Positions 1 to 8,757 of a stretch of 64,000 nucleotides of DNA are shown here, one piece after another; position 1 is the stretch's first letter; each line of letters opens with the position of its first letter. The translations under genes were made by a program, and so were the position numbers. The stretch is from Longimicrobium sp. (GTDB taxonomy: Bacteria; Gemmatimonadota; Gemmatimonadetes; Longimicrobiales; Longimicrobiaceae). The notes under the pieces are model-generated. The model was not told the origin of the DNA, did no database searches, and was given only the letters and a program-made list of their open reading frames with translations. The DNA lies in assembly GCF_036399255.1 (NCBI RefSeq), contig NZ_DASWNM010000103.1:3121-67120 (forward strand), in the 5' to 3' direction.

Positions 1-7
1 CTTTTCT

Positions 8-140
8 CCAGATCCCGAAAAAGAATAATCGTACAGAGGAACAGAGTCAGACAGAGAAAGCGAGCTGAGATATCATTTTGGTTCCTCTGTCTGACTCTGT
101 TCCTCTGTACCTATAAAGGTGTTGTTCCCGGATTCGGGAT
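8..140. repeat. Palindromic intergenic repeat (ACAGAG-type hairpin), copy 1
   Basis: GTACAGAGGAACAGAGTCAGACAGAG is followed by its inverse CTCTGTCTGACTCTGTTCCTCTGTAC; near-identical copy at about 39545-39660. Confidence 0.85.
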
Positions 141-214
141 GAGGACCCTTGCGTCCGGGCGCAGTTCGGCTTTTATTCGGATACGAAGAAATGCCGAAGC
201 TTCCGGAGGGCACC

Positions 215-1492
215 GTGGACACGATGACGCTGGACCAGAAGCTGGATCTGCTGATCTCGCTGGCGGGGGATGACCACGACGGCGCGGGCGGCAGGGACCG
301 TGTGCTGCCGCCGCGGCTGCGCCATACCAGGGACGTGGGCGCGCTGCGGCCGCTGAACATCCGCGACCTGCGGGTGCCGGGAAAGGGGCAAGTGTCGCTG
401 CTGCGCATTCTAATGACCAACGCGTGCAGCTTCAACTGCCACTACTGCCCCATGCGCCGCGACCGCGACATGCCGCGCACCCTGCTGAAGCCCGCGGAAC
501 TGGTGCGCATCTTCATGGAGGCGTACCACCGCGGCTGGTGCAGCGGCCTGTTCATCACCACCGGCATTCCTGGCCGGCCGGTCAAGGTGATGGACGACCT
601 GATCGCCGTGCTGGAGCTTCTGCGCAACCGCGAAGGGTTTCGCGGCTACGTGCACGTAAAGATGGTGCCCGGCGGCCAGCCCGCGCAGATCGAGCGGCTG
701 ACGGCCTTGGCCAGCCGCGTGTCGCTGAACCTGGAGGCGCCCTGCGGCCAGTCGCTGGCGCAGATCGCCCCGGAAAAGAGCCTGGATACGGCGCTCACCA
801 GCCTGCACACGGCGCGCAGGCTGGTGCGCATCACGCAGGCGGAGCGGCGCGACGGGCGGCCCGCCGATCCGCTGCGCCCGGGCGGCGCGTCGGGGATGAC
901 GATGCAGTTCGTGGTGGGGGCCACCCCCGACACGGACCGCACGCTCATCGGCAAGGTGACGGAGCTGTACGGGGCGGGCGGCATTCACCACGCCCACTTC
1001 AGCGCCTTTCGCCCCATCCGCGAAACACCGATGGAGAACGTGCCCGAGACACCCGTGCTGCGCGAGCAGCGGCTGTACCAGGCGGACTACCTGCTGCGCC
1101 AGTACGGCTTTGGCGCCGACGAGGTGGTGTACGACGACAAGGGCAACCTGCCGCTGGGCAACGACCCCAAGACCACCTGGGCCCTCTCGCACCCCGAGCG
1201 CTTTCCCATCGAGGTGAAGACAGCTTCGTACGAGGAGCTGGTGCGCGTTCCCGGCATCGGCCCCGGCTCGGCGAAGCGCATCGTGGCGGAGCGAGCGACG
1301 GCGGTGCTGCGCGGGCTGGCGGACCTGCGCAAGCTGGGCGTGGTGACCACGCGTGCGGCGGGTTTCCTGACCCTCAACGGCAAGCGCCTGCAGAGCGTGA
1401 TGTGGTCGGAGCAGATGGGCTTCTGGGGCCCGGAGGACGACGCGGGGAAGTATCACCTGACGTATGGGGTGAGCCCGGGGACGTTTCGGTGA
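215..1492 (+). CDS. Putative DNA modification/repair radical SAM protein (TIGR03916-like) with C-terminal helix-hairpin-helix
   Basis: CxxxCxxC motif NACSFNCHYC, REQRLYQADYLLRQYGF segment, HhH LVRVPGIG; GTG start at 215 chosen after GGAGGG RBS (ORF track starts at 149). Confidence 0.85.
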   Translation: MDTMTLDQKLDLLISLAGDDHDGAGGRDRVLPPRLRHTRDVGALRPLNIRDLRVPGKGQVSLLRILMTNACSFNCHYCPMRRDRDMPRTLLKPAELVRIFMEAYHRGWCSGLFITTGIPGRPVKVMDDLIAVLELLRNREGFRGYVHVKMVPGGQPAQIERLTALASRVSLNLEAPCGQSLAQIAPEKSLDTALTSLHTARRLVRITQAERRDGRPADPLRPGGASGMTMQFVVGATPDTDRTLIGKVTELYGAGGIHHAHFSAFRPIRETPMENVPETPVLREQRLYQADYLLRQYGFGADEVVYDDKGNLPLGNDPKTTWALSHPERFPIEVKTASYEELVRVPGIGPGSAKRIVAERATAVLRGLADLRKLGVVTTRAAGFLTLNGKRLQSVMWSEQMGFWGPEDDAGKYHLTYGVSPGTFR

Positions 1493-1559
1493 ACGGGTGA
1501 AGGGGTGAACGGGTGAAGGGGTGAACGGGTGAAGGGGTGGACGGGTGGACGGGTGGACG
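1488..1559. repeat. Octamer tandem repeat (GTGAACGG/GTGAAGGG/GTGGACGG)n
   Basis: Directly visible after the stop codon; inverse version at 43538-43593. Confidence 0.9.
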
Positions 1560-1667
1560 AATGCGGCGAATCGCCCACCCGGAGCACAGAGGGAACAAAC
1601 CCGCGTTCTCTTCGTGCCTCTGTATCAGCCGGGGCAGCCCGTTGTGCCCGGTACCACCCGGAGTCAG

Positions 1668-3347
1668 TCAGGGCATCGAGGCCGTGCGAGCGGCCTCTGC
1701 CTGGATGCGCAGGCAGTGCCGCCGCATCTCCGCCACCGCAGGCGCGGTGGGGAACATCTCGCCGGCCCGGGCAATGTAGGGCAACGCGTCAGCGCAGCGA
1801 CCGGTGCGGATCAATTGGTTGGAGAACAGGGCGTGCGCGCGGTAGTCTCCCGGATTCATCCGTAGCGCCCGCTGCCACGTCTCCACGTCCGGAACGTTCG
1901 CGTACAGGTATCCCGCCGCCAGCTGGCGCGCGGAGAACGCCACCGGCACGGCGGCCACGCACACTACGCCCGCGGCCAGTAGCGCGCGCCGCCTGCCGTT
2001 GAGCGGCACCTCCCACGTCCGCCCCGAGTCGGACGCTAGCGCGCCCAGCAGCACGAATGCGAGAAACGCGGCCGTGGGTGTCATCAGCACCGGGTCCAAC
2101 GTCCCCACCACCAGCAGCGAGGTCAGAGTGCAAAGCAGTACCAAGCCCTGCAGCGCCCGCTCCGCGTCGGGATCGCGCAGCCGCCGCCACCCGCGCCGGG
2201 CCAGCACGGCGGCGGCCAGCACCAGCAGGAGCAGCGCCGGAAGGCCGCGCTCCGCCGCCGTCCCCAACCACTCGCTCTGGGGAAGGCGCGTGGTCGGGAG
2301 CACGTAGCGCGGCTCGTACGAGGGGTCCTTCGCAGAAGCGTAGCGCGGATAGGCGACGGCCCAGTTCCCCGGCCCCACCCCCAGCAATGCGTGGTCGCCC
2401 ACCATCCGCAGGGTGTTGCCGTACTGGATGATGCGCCCGCGCCCGCTCCCCACCTCAAAGTTCGCCAGCCCCCGTACGCTGTCAGCGTACGGCGTCTGCG
2501 AGCGCCACTCCAGCTGGTTGGGAAGGAGCACGGCCCCCGCCACCCCCGCCGCGAACGCCACCGGCAGCAGCACCGCGCGTGGCGGCACTCCCAGCCCGCC
2601 CGGTGCCCGGCGCGCGCTCAGCGTATAGGCCGCCACGCCCAGCACCACCGCTAGCAGCGCCGCCAGCCAAGCCGAGCGCGACCGCGACAGCACCAGCGCC
2701 GCCGCCACCACGGCTACCGCCCCGGCGTACAGCGCAAAGTCCAGCCGGCGCCGGGCGCGCACCGCCTGCGCCAGCAGCACCGGCAGGCCAATCGCCAGCA
2801 GGTGCGCCATCTGGCTGCGGCTCCCCATCGTGCCACCGGGGGCGCGGTTCACCTCCGACATCCGCCCCAGCACCCCATACGCTTCCAGCAGCGCCGCGGC
2901 CGCCGCCGCCACCACCGCAACAGCCGCGAACGCCGTCAGCTGCGGGCCGATCGCCTCCCGCGCCAGCGCCCGCGCGGCCAGGAACACGCCCACCCCTGAC
3001 ACGGTGAGCCCCAGCGAGCGCACCGCGAACCAGGGGTTAGCCGCCCCCAGTGCCGAGAGCGCCCCGAGCGCCGCGAACGCGATGAGCGCGGCGTCGACTG
3101 CGTCCACCCGCAGCCGACGCACGAACACGGCGCACGCCAGCAGGGCGCCCAGCGCAAAGGCGTGCAGCACCAGCTCCGCGGGAAACGCATGGTTGTCGGA
3201 GAACAGCATCTCCCCCGGCATGTACGCCAGCACGGCAGCCACCGCGCCGAAGCAGAGAAAATCCTGCGCGTACTGCCGGGCCGCGGAGGTGCCGGACGCT
3301 TGGGGGGAGGCGGCTTTGAAGGGGATGTCTATCGCAAGGGTGCTCAT
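1668..3347 (-). CDS. O-antigen ligase family (Wzy_C) membrane protein with C-terminal TPR-like region
   Basis: Many hydrophobic helices, LSRSRSAWLA, RIIQYGNTLRMVGDHALLGVGPGNW, AERG motifs; TPR-like tail ALRMNPGD...AGEMFP. Confidence 0.8.
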   Translation of the reverse strand: MSTLAIDIPFKAASPQASGTSAARQYAQDFLCFGAVAAVLAYMPGEMLFSDNHAFPAELVLHAFALGALLACAVFVRRLRVDAVDAALIAFAALGALSALGAANPWFAVRSLGLTVSGVGVFLAARALAREAIGPQLTAFAAVAVVAAAAAALLEAYGVLGRMSEVNRAPGGTMGSRSQMAHLLAIGLPVLLAQAVRARRRLDFALYAGAVAVVAAALVLSRSRSAWLAALLAVVLGVAAYTLSARRAPGGLGVPPRAVLLPVAFAAGVAGAVLLPNQLEWRSQTPYADSVRGLANFEVGSGRGRIIQYGNTLRMVGDHALLGVGPGNWAVAYPRYASAKDPSYEPRYVLPTTRLPQSEWLGTAAERGLPALLLLVLAAAVLARRGWRRLRDPDAERALQGLVLLCTLTSLLVVGTLDPVLMTPTAAFLAFVLLGALASDSGRTWEVPLNGRRRALLAAGVVCVAAVPVAFSARQLAAGYLYANVPDVETWQRALRMNPGDYRAHALFSNQLIRTGRCADALPYIARAGEMFPTAPAVAEMRRHCLRIQAEAARTASMP

Positions 3348-4273
3348 CGGCCGTTCTCCTGGCTCAGTCGTTCGCTCTGCAGCTCGTTACGCAGCCCGCA
3401 GCCGTCGGCGACGGCGCGCGCGGCAGGCAGGTGTGCCGCGGCGTCGCGTCGCGGCAGGGGAAGAACTCGGGGGCGGGGCGGGCCCGGCGGCGTTCGCAGA
3501 GCCACGGGCGCGGGCGTGCCCGCGCGCAGGGCGGCGTGCATATCCGCCAGCCGCCCGCGCAAGCCCCGCCACTCGTCGGGTGTAAGGATGCCGGAGCGGT
3601 ACAGCTGGTCCGCCACCCGCAGCTGGACGCCCGCCGCCCGCTGGGCGTTGGCCCCGGCCAGTGGCGCGCGCGGGGCAGCCACCAAGCCGGACAGGAACAC
3701 GGACTCGAAGGCGTCCAGCTCCGCCGCGGGTTTGCCGAACCAGCCGCGCGCCGCCCCCTCGGCTCCCCAGACGCCGTCGCCCCACTCGATCACGTTCAGG
3801 TACAGTTCCAAGATGCGTGGCTTGCCCAGCGACCGCTCCAGCCGCCGCGCCACCAGCGCTTCGCGGGCCTTGCGGCGCACCGTGCGTTCCGGCCCCAGGT
3901 ACAGGTTGCGGGCGAGCTGCTGTGTGATGGTGCTTCCCCCCATCCGCGCGCCGCGCGCCGTGCGCCCCACCGCCTTGCCCAGTTGCCGCCAGTGGATGCC
4001 GCGGTGCACGAAGAAGCGCCGGTCCTCGGCCTTGACCACCGCGCAGGCCAAGTAAGGAGAGACCGTCGCCAGCGGAACCCACGGCTCGGTCGCCTGCTCC
4101 CCCGCCGCGCGCATGAACGCCGTTGTCCCCGGCGCGGTGCGGCGCAGCGGACGGACGTCGGGGAGCGAACCGAGCACCGCGCCGGTGCTCCCCGCCAGCA
4201 GCGCCGCAGCCGCTGCCACGGTCATCCACCGCGCGCTCCGCCGAGTTGGCGGGACCGCCGCTCGGCGCGTCAT
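3344..4273 (-). CDS. Monofunctional peptidoglycan transglycosylase (GT51, MtgA-like)
   Basis: GT51 motifs EDRRFFVHRG, GGSTITQQLARN, RKARE, KPRILELYLN; start MTRRAAV at 4273 overlaps amidase stop (ATGA). Confidence 0.85.
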   Translation of the reverse strand: MTRRAAVPPTRRSARWMTVAAAAALLAGSTGAVLGSLPDVRPLRRTAPGTTAFMRAAGEQATEPWVPLATVSPYLACAVVKAEDRRFFVHRGIHWRQLGKAVGRTARGARMGGSTITQQLARNLYLGPERTVRRKAREALVARRLERSLGKPRILELYLNVIEWGDGVWGAEGAARGWFGKPAAELDAFESVFLSGLVAAPRAPLAGANAQRAAGVQLRVADQLYRSGILTPDEWRGLRGRLADMHAALRAGTPAPVALRTPPGPPRPRVLPLPRRDAAAHLPAARAVADGCGLRNELQSERLSQENGR

Positions 4274-6030
4274 CCGCCCTCTAGGGCGCGGAAGTACGCC
4301 TCCAGCCCTTCGGCTACACCGCGGGCGTAGGCCCGCTGAAAACGCGGCTCGCGCAAGGCGGCCTCGTGCGGCGGCCACACCAGGGTGGCGCCCTCCGCCA
4401 GCACTGCGGGAAACCAGGTGGGCCGCGTCACCACCACGCTCCGATACCCGGTTCCCAGGTCCGCCAGACCCATCCGCCGCGCCATCCCGCGCTGTACCTG
4501 CTCGGCCAGCGGTGCGGAGTGCCGGTGGTAGTAGTAAGTGGCCGTCCCGGCGACCTCGGCCGCGTTCACGGAGGACGGCACGGCGTCGGCGTGCAGCGAA
4601 ACCAGCGCGTGCGCCCCCGCCCGGCGGGCGATGGCCACCCGCGCCTCCAGCGCCACCGGGCCGGTCCCCTCGCGCGTCATCACGACCCGCGCTCCGCGCC
4701 GCTCCAGTTCCCGTGCCAGCCGCCGCGCTACCGCCAGTGTGACCTCCGCCTCGCCCAGCCCCGTGGGCCCCACCGCCCCGTGCGGGGGGTGGCCCGCGTC
4801 CACCGCCACCGTCAGCCCACGCAGCGGCCGCCGGCGCGCCACCGGGGGGGGACGCCGGAGCGCCAGGATGAACCTCCCGTCCCGCCATGCGGCCGCGTAG
4901 CCGTACGGCTGACCGGCAAGACGGACGACCAAGCGCGTCCCGCCCCCCGGCTCCGCCCGCGCCTCCACGCTCCGCACCATCGGGTCTGCGCCGGCCGCGG
5001 GCGGGGAACCCGCCATGCGGGCGCCGTAGAGCACCAGAGCGATCTCTTGTGCGCCCTCCTCGACCCGGAACGGCGGCGGCTCCGCCACGCCCATCTCCAC
5101 GCGCAGCTCCACGCGGTCGGGCCGCGCCACCAACCGTGCCTCACGAACGACCCGCTCCGTCACGGCGGCGGGCGAAAGCGGCGCGGCCAGCGCGTCGCGC
5201 ACCCACGCCTCGTGGCGGGCGTCCAAGCGCACGCGGGTGTGTCCCTCCCCCCACCCTGTGACGGGCAGGCGGGTGCCGGGAAGGAGAAGCCAGGCGAAGT
5301 GCCCGTCCGGCGTGTCACTGGCGGGGGTGACCCCTTCCGGCCCGGCGCGCAGTTCCACCTGCGTCCCCGGCGGGATTGCCGCGGCGCGGGGGAGCGGCAG
5401 CCGCACTGTGTCGCCGCCGCGCGCCACCACCAGCGTGGCCCCCGCGGTCAAGTTCCCGGCCAAGACGTGGCCAGACCAGCGGTCCGCCGCGCCCTTGGGC
5501 GCGGTGAACAGCGACGGGTGGGGCGGAGCGAGCGGCTGCCGGCCTCCGGGCCATTGCACCCAAACGCTCGCATTGGCCGTGGCGCGGACGCTTACCGCAA
5601 CCCGCTCCTCCGGCGCGGCGGCGATCTCACCCCGCGGGTGGACGGAAGACGGGTCTACCCGCAGCGTCCCGTCCACCGCAGACAGGTCCCCGACCGCCGC
5701 CACGGGGTGGCGGAGGCGCACGGTGTCGCCGCCGCGCACCGCCATCACTTCGTAGAACCGCCGCCCCGGCACCGGCAGATACGCGGCAAAGCTGCCGTTG
5801 GGGTGCAGCGTGACGGGAACGCCGTCCACGGTCACCCGCGCGCGGCCGCTCCCCGCCGAGCCCGCCAAGTAGGCAAAGCCCCCGGGAACCAGCGCCGCGG
5901 TGGGACCGGGGTGGCGCACGGCGAGGGCCAGCGGCCCATCCACCGGCGGCACCGCCGGCGGCGCCCCGCCGTCGCAGGCAGCCAGCACCGCCGCCAGCAC
6001 GGCAGCGCGGGGGACGAGTCTCGGCTGCAT
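4270..6030 (-). CDS. N-acetylmuramoyl-L-alanine amidase (Amidase_3), lipoprotein
   Basis: Lipobox LAAC; Zn/catalytic motifs VDAGH, EAEVTL, SLHAD, VLAEG; long N-terminal beta-rich region. Confidence 0.88.
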   Translation of the reverse strand: MQPRLVPRAAVLAAVLAACDGGAPPAVPPVDGPLALAVRHPGPTAALVPGGFAYLAGSAGSGRARVTVDGVPVTLHPNGSFAAYLPVPGRRFYEVMAVRGGDTVRLRHPVAAVGDLSAVDGTLRVDPSSVHPRGEIAAAPEERVAVSVRATANASVWVQWPGGRQPLAPPHPSLFTAPKGAADRWSGHVLAGNLTAGATLVVARGGDTVRLPLPRAAAIPPGTQVELRAGPEGVTPASDTPDGHFAWLLLPGTRLPVTGWGEGHTRVRLDARHEAWVRDALAAPLSPAAVTERVVREARLVARPDRVELRVEMGVAEPPPFRVEEGAQEIALVLYGARMAGSPPAAGADPMVRSVEARAEPGGGTRLVVRLAGQPYGYAAAWRDGRFILALRRPPPVARRRPLRGLTVAVDAGHPPHGAVGPTGLGEAEVTLAVARRLARELERRGARVVMTREGTGPVALEARVAIARRAGAHALVSLHADAVPSSVNAAEVAGTATYYYHRHSAPLAEQVQRGMARRMGLADLGTGYRSVVVTRPTWFPAVLAEGATLVWPPHEAALREPRFQRAYARGVAEGLEAYFRALEGG

Positions 6031-6047
6031 GGATCCGGCCCCGGCGG

Positions 6048-7181
6048 CTACCAGCCGCCGCCGGGCAGGCGGAACTCCACCACGGCGGGAAACGGCACCT
6101 CGCGCGCGCCGTACATATTGCCTGTAACGGGGTCCACCTCAATGCGCGACACGTCTTCGCCCAACTCCCACACGTGCTGCAGCCGCCCGTCCCAGGTGAA
6201 CACCTCTACCCGGTTGCCCGCGTCATACGAGTCGCGATAGTCCTTGTGCGAGCGCCCGGCGAACAGCGCGTAGACAAAACGGTCGGTGGCGTCCACGTCC
6301 AGATAGGCGTACGAGGTTTCCCGAAGCGGCACCCACCGGTTCAACCTGGACCTGGGGTCCGGCACCACGCGGTAGGTGGGGACCACCGACCGCAGCCCTG
6401 TGGCGGAGTGCAGCCTGCGTCCGGCACGGTCGTAGAAGTCCAGCCGCGACGTGTAGCGGTACGCGGCCACCATCCCGCGCCGGGATGGGGGCACGGCCAC
6501 AGTGGTTCGGTTCAGGATCATGGCAATATCCCGCAGTTCGCGGGTGAAAGGCGTGGTCCCTGCCTTCGCCACCTCCTTCATCACGTCATTCTCCAGCACG
6601 TATTTCCGCAGCATCTCCTGCGGGAACATCCCGTTTCCGGTCAGCGTGTCGCCCAGCCACACCGGGCTGTACAGGCCCGTGGGCGCACGCACGATTCTGC
6701 GGGGGCGGTCGTCCCGCGCCGCCGCGTCATACACGGTGAACCGCCCCTGCTGCATGTCGTAGATCCAGGTTCCCGCGTTGGGCCCGTCGGGCACCTTGTC
6801 GATTGAGCGCGCCCACAGGTACTCGCCAGGGCCCCTGCCCCGCCGGCCCGCAGCCCGGGTGATCTGCCCGCTACGCAGATTCATGAACAGCAGCGCCTTG
6901 GGCCCGTAACGGTCGAGCAGCAGCAGTTCCGGGCCCATCAACGCGATGTCGTCGATGAACCCAAACGACACCGAGTCGCCCAGCACGCGCGTGGCGGACA
7001 GGGGCACCGGATTGCGTCCTTCGGGAAGGCGCTGGACGCGGGGGGTGTCGTCGTCGTCGTCGTAAGTGCGGAACGAAGAAGCGAGCAGCACGTCGCCGCC
7101 CGGCCGGGCAGAAAGGCCCAGCGCGGCCACCGCACCGCCCGCCACCAGCAGAGCCGCCGCCGTCCAGAGCAGCTTACGCAT
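6048..7181 (-). CDS. Six-bladed beta-propeller protein (TolB-like/BF3164-like), exported
   Basis: N-terminal signal/anchor, GRRGRGPGEY motif, YLDVDATDRFVYALFAG and VEVFTWDG blades. Confidence 0.75.
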   Translation of the reverse strand: MRKLLWTAAALLVAGGAVAALGLSARPGGDVLLASSFRTYDDDDDTPRVQRLPEGRNPVPLSATRVLGDSVSFGFIDDIALMGPELLLLDRYGPKALLFMNLRSGQITRAAGRRGRGPGEYLWARSIDKVPDGPNAGTWIYDMQQGRFTVYDAAARDDRPRRIVRAPTGLYSPVWLGDTLTGNGMFPQEMLRKYVLENDVMKEVAKAGTTPFTRELRDIAMILNRTTVAVPPSRRGMVAAYRYTSRLDFYDRAGRRLHSATGLRSVVPTYRVVPDPRSRLNRWVPLRETSYAYLDVDATDRFVYALFAGRSHKDYRDSYDAGNRVEVFTWDGRLQHVWELGEDVSRIEVDPVTGNMYGAREVPFPAVVEFRLPGGGW

Positions 7182-7358
7182 CGCGAACCTTGCCAGCGTG
7201 GGAGTTCATTCGAAACGGGAGGTCCATGCGTGCCTCCCGGCATCTGAATGGGCCGACCGTACACCGTCCGTGGCGCGCGGTCGGGCCCGAACCGGAAACA
7301 GCGGGGGAGCGCTTCCCCATGTGTGCAGCGTTACTTCACCGTGTGGTCCTCGCCGGGA

Positions 7359-7559
7359 TTAGGCACCCTCCCAGTGTCCCGCGTAATCCTTGCCGTTCAC
7401 GATGCAGGTGTTGTCGTCCCTCCAGCAGGTTCCGGTCTGGGCGCAGGCCTCGCTCACGCCAAGGGAGCCGTCCGCGCGCAGGCCGAGCGGCAGGGCGACG
7501 GCCGCGGCGGCGAGCAGGGGCACCAGCAGGCGGCGGCGCCAGGTCGGGTTCTTAGTCAT
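7359..7559 (-). CDS. Small secreted Cys-containing peptide (66 aa)
   Basis: GGAGGA RBS before ATG 7559; basic N-region, hydrophobic stretch, GVSEACA then QTGTCWRDDNTCIVNGKDYAGHWEGA. Confidence 0.75.
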   Translation of the reverse strand: MTKNPTWRRRLLVPLLAAAAVALPLGLRADGSLGVSEACAQTGTCWRDDNTCIVNGKDYAGHWEGA

Positions 7560-7871
7560 ATGTTCCTCCAGTTTCGTGGATGAGAGATTCGAGACGTGTC
7601 CTTCTGGGTGAGGAAGCGCTCCCCGTTCTGCACCAGGCTCTCGTCTCTGCTCCCAATCTAGGGCATCCACTCGTGCGCCACTTTCCCGAAACGGACAGCA
7701 ATTGCCGATTCGGTTGTTTCATCCCACCTGCTGCGCGCACGATCGGGAGAACAGGCGGTGGTTGCCGAGCGCGGAGCCGATCGTGGGCGCGAGAGGGGAT
7801 CGATGCAACGATGCGCCGTCCCCAAACAGAGCGGGGCGGCGCATAGCGAGATGGCGGAAAAGAGGTGCGAG

Positions 7872-8753
7872 CTACCCGCGTGCGGCGGGGCGGACTGCTA
7901 CATGGCGCTGTGCCCAGCCGTCCAGCAGCCACTCCCATCCCAGCGTGCCGCGCACCGCCCCCGGCCGCACTCCGAACACGCGGACGAACTGGCGGGTCAT
8001 GGCAGCGTGGCTCCCGTAGCCGTGCTCCAGCGCCAGACGAAGCAGGCAGCGGTCCGGGTGCGCCTGGATCTGCAGCGCCGTGTGCAGCGCGCGCGCCGCG
8101 TGGTGCCACCGTTGCGGCGGCGGCAGGCGCTTCTTGCGAAAGCGGAAGCGTGCGCTGGTCTCCGGCTGACCCAGCAGCCGCAGGACGGGCGCCACCGTCC
8201 GGTGCTGCGGCGCCAGGCGAAAGATGTTCTGCACCAGCCATCCCAGCGCGGGCGACAGCACCAGCCCGCGCGTGCCCAGCCACTCCACCACGCAGTCGCA
8301 CGTCCCGCCCCAGTCGGTCAGAATGGGTGTGAGCGTGTCCACCATCGACTCTCCTTCCAGCACCACGGCGCGCAGGTTGAGCCTTCCGGCGCGGCAGGCG
8401 AAGTGTACCACCTCGCGATCTGTGGCCGGACACACCAGCGCCACCACGGGTACGGAGGGAAAGGCGCCGCGCAGCCGCGGCAGCATCTCCCGCATGACGT
8501 CGGCGTCGCGCCCCGGTCGGGGAATGGAGATGATGAAGATGGAGCCCCCCACGGGCCGCAGCGCCGCCGTTCCCGAAGGCAGGGGCACGCCGTGGCCGTA
8601 GGGCGGGAGCAGGACGGAAAGCTGGTACGGGAGTTCGCGCAGCAGGGCAGACACCGCCTCCGTCGAGCGCGGCCCAGCCGCATCGCGCAGGGGCGCCGCC
8701 GGCCTCACCTCGGCACGCGCTTGGCGGGGAACCGGGGCCAGTGTGGCGGTCAC
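7872..8753 (-). CDS. AraC-family helix-turn-helix regulator with degenerate receiver-like N-terminus
   Basis: C-terminal LALEHGYGSHAAMTRQFVRVFGVRP; GTG start 4 nt after the DsbA stop. Confidence 0.75.
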   Translation of the reverse strand: MTATLAPVPRQARAEVRPAAPLRDAAGPRSTEAVSALLRELPYQLSVLLPPYGHGVPLPSGTAALRPVGGSIFIISIPRPGRDADVMREMLPRLRGAFPSVPVVALVCPATDREVVHFACRAGRLNLRAVVLEGESMVDTLTPILTDWGGTCDCVVEWLGTRGLVLSPALGWLVQNIFRLAPQHRTVAPVLRLLGQPETSARFRFRKKRLPPPQRWHHAARALHTALQIQAHPDRCLLRLALEHGYGSHAAMTRQFVRVFGVRPGAVRGTLGWEWLLDGWAQRHVAVRPAARG

Positions 8754-8757
8754 GGCG

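Noticed and set aside
215-7559. Radical SAM RiPP cluster pairing the radical SAM enzyme with the 66-aa peptide
   Set aside because: The enzyme is a DNA-binding HhH type without SPASM/RRE features, is convergent and 6 kb away, and the peptide looks Sec-exported
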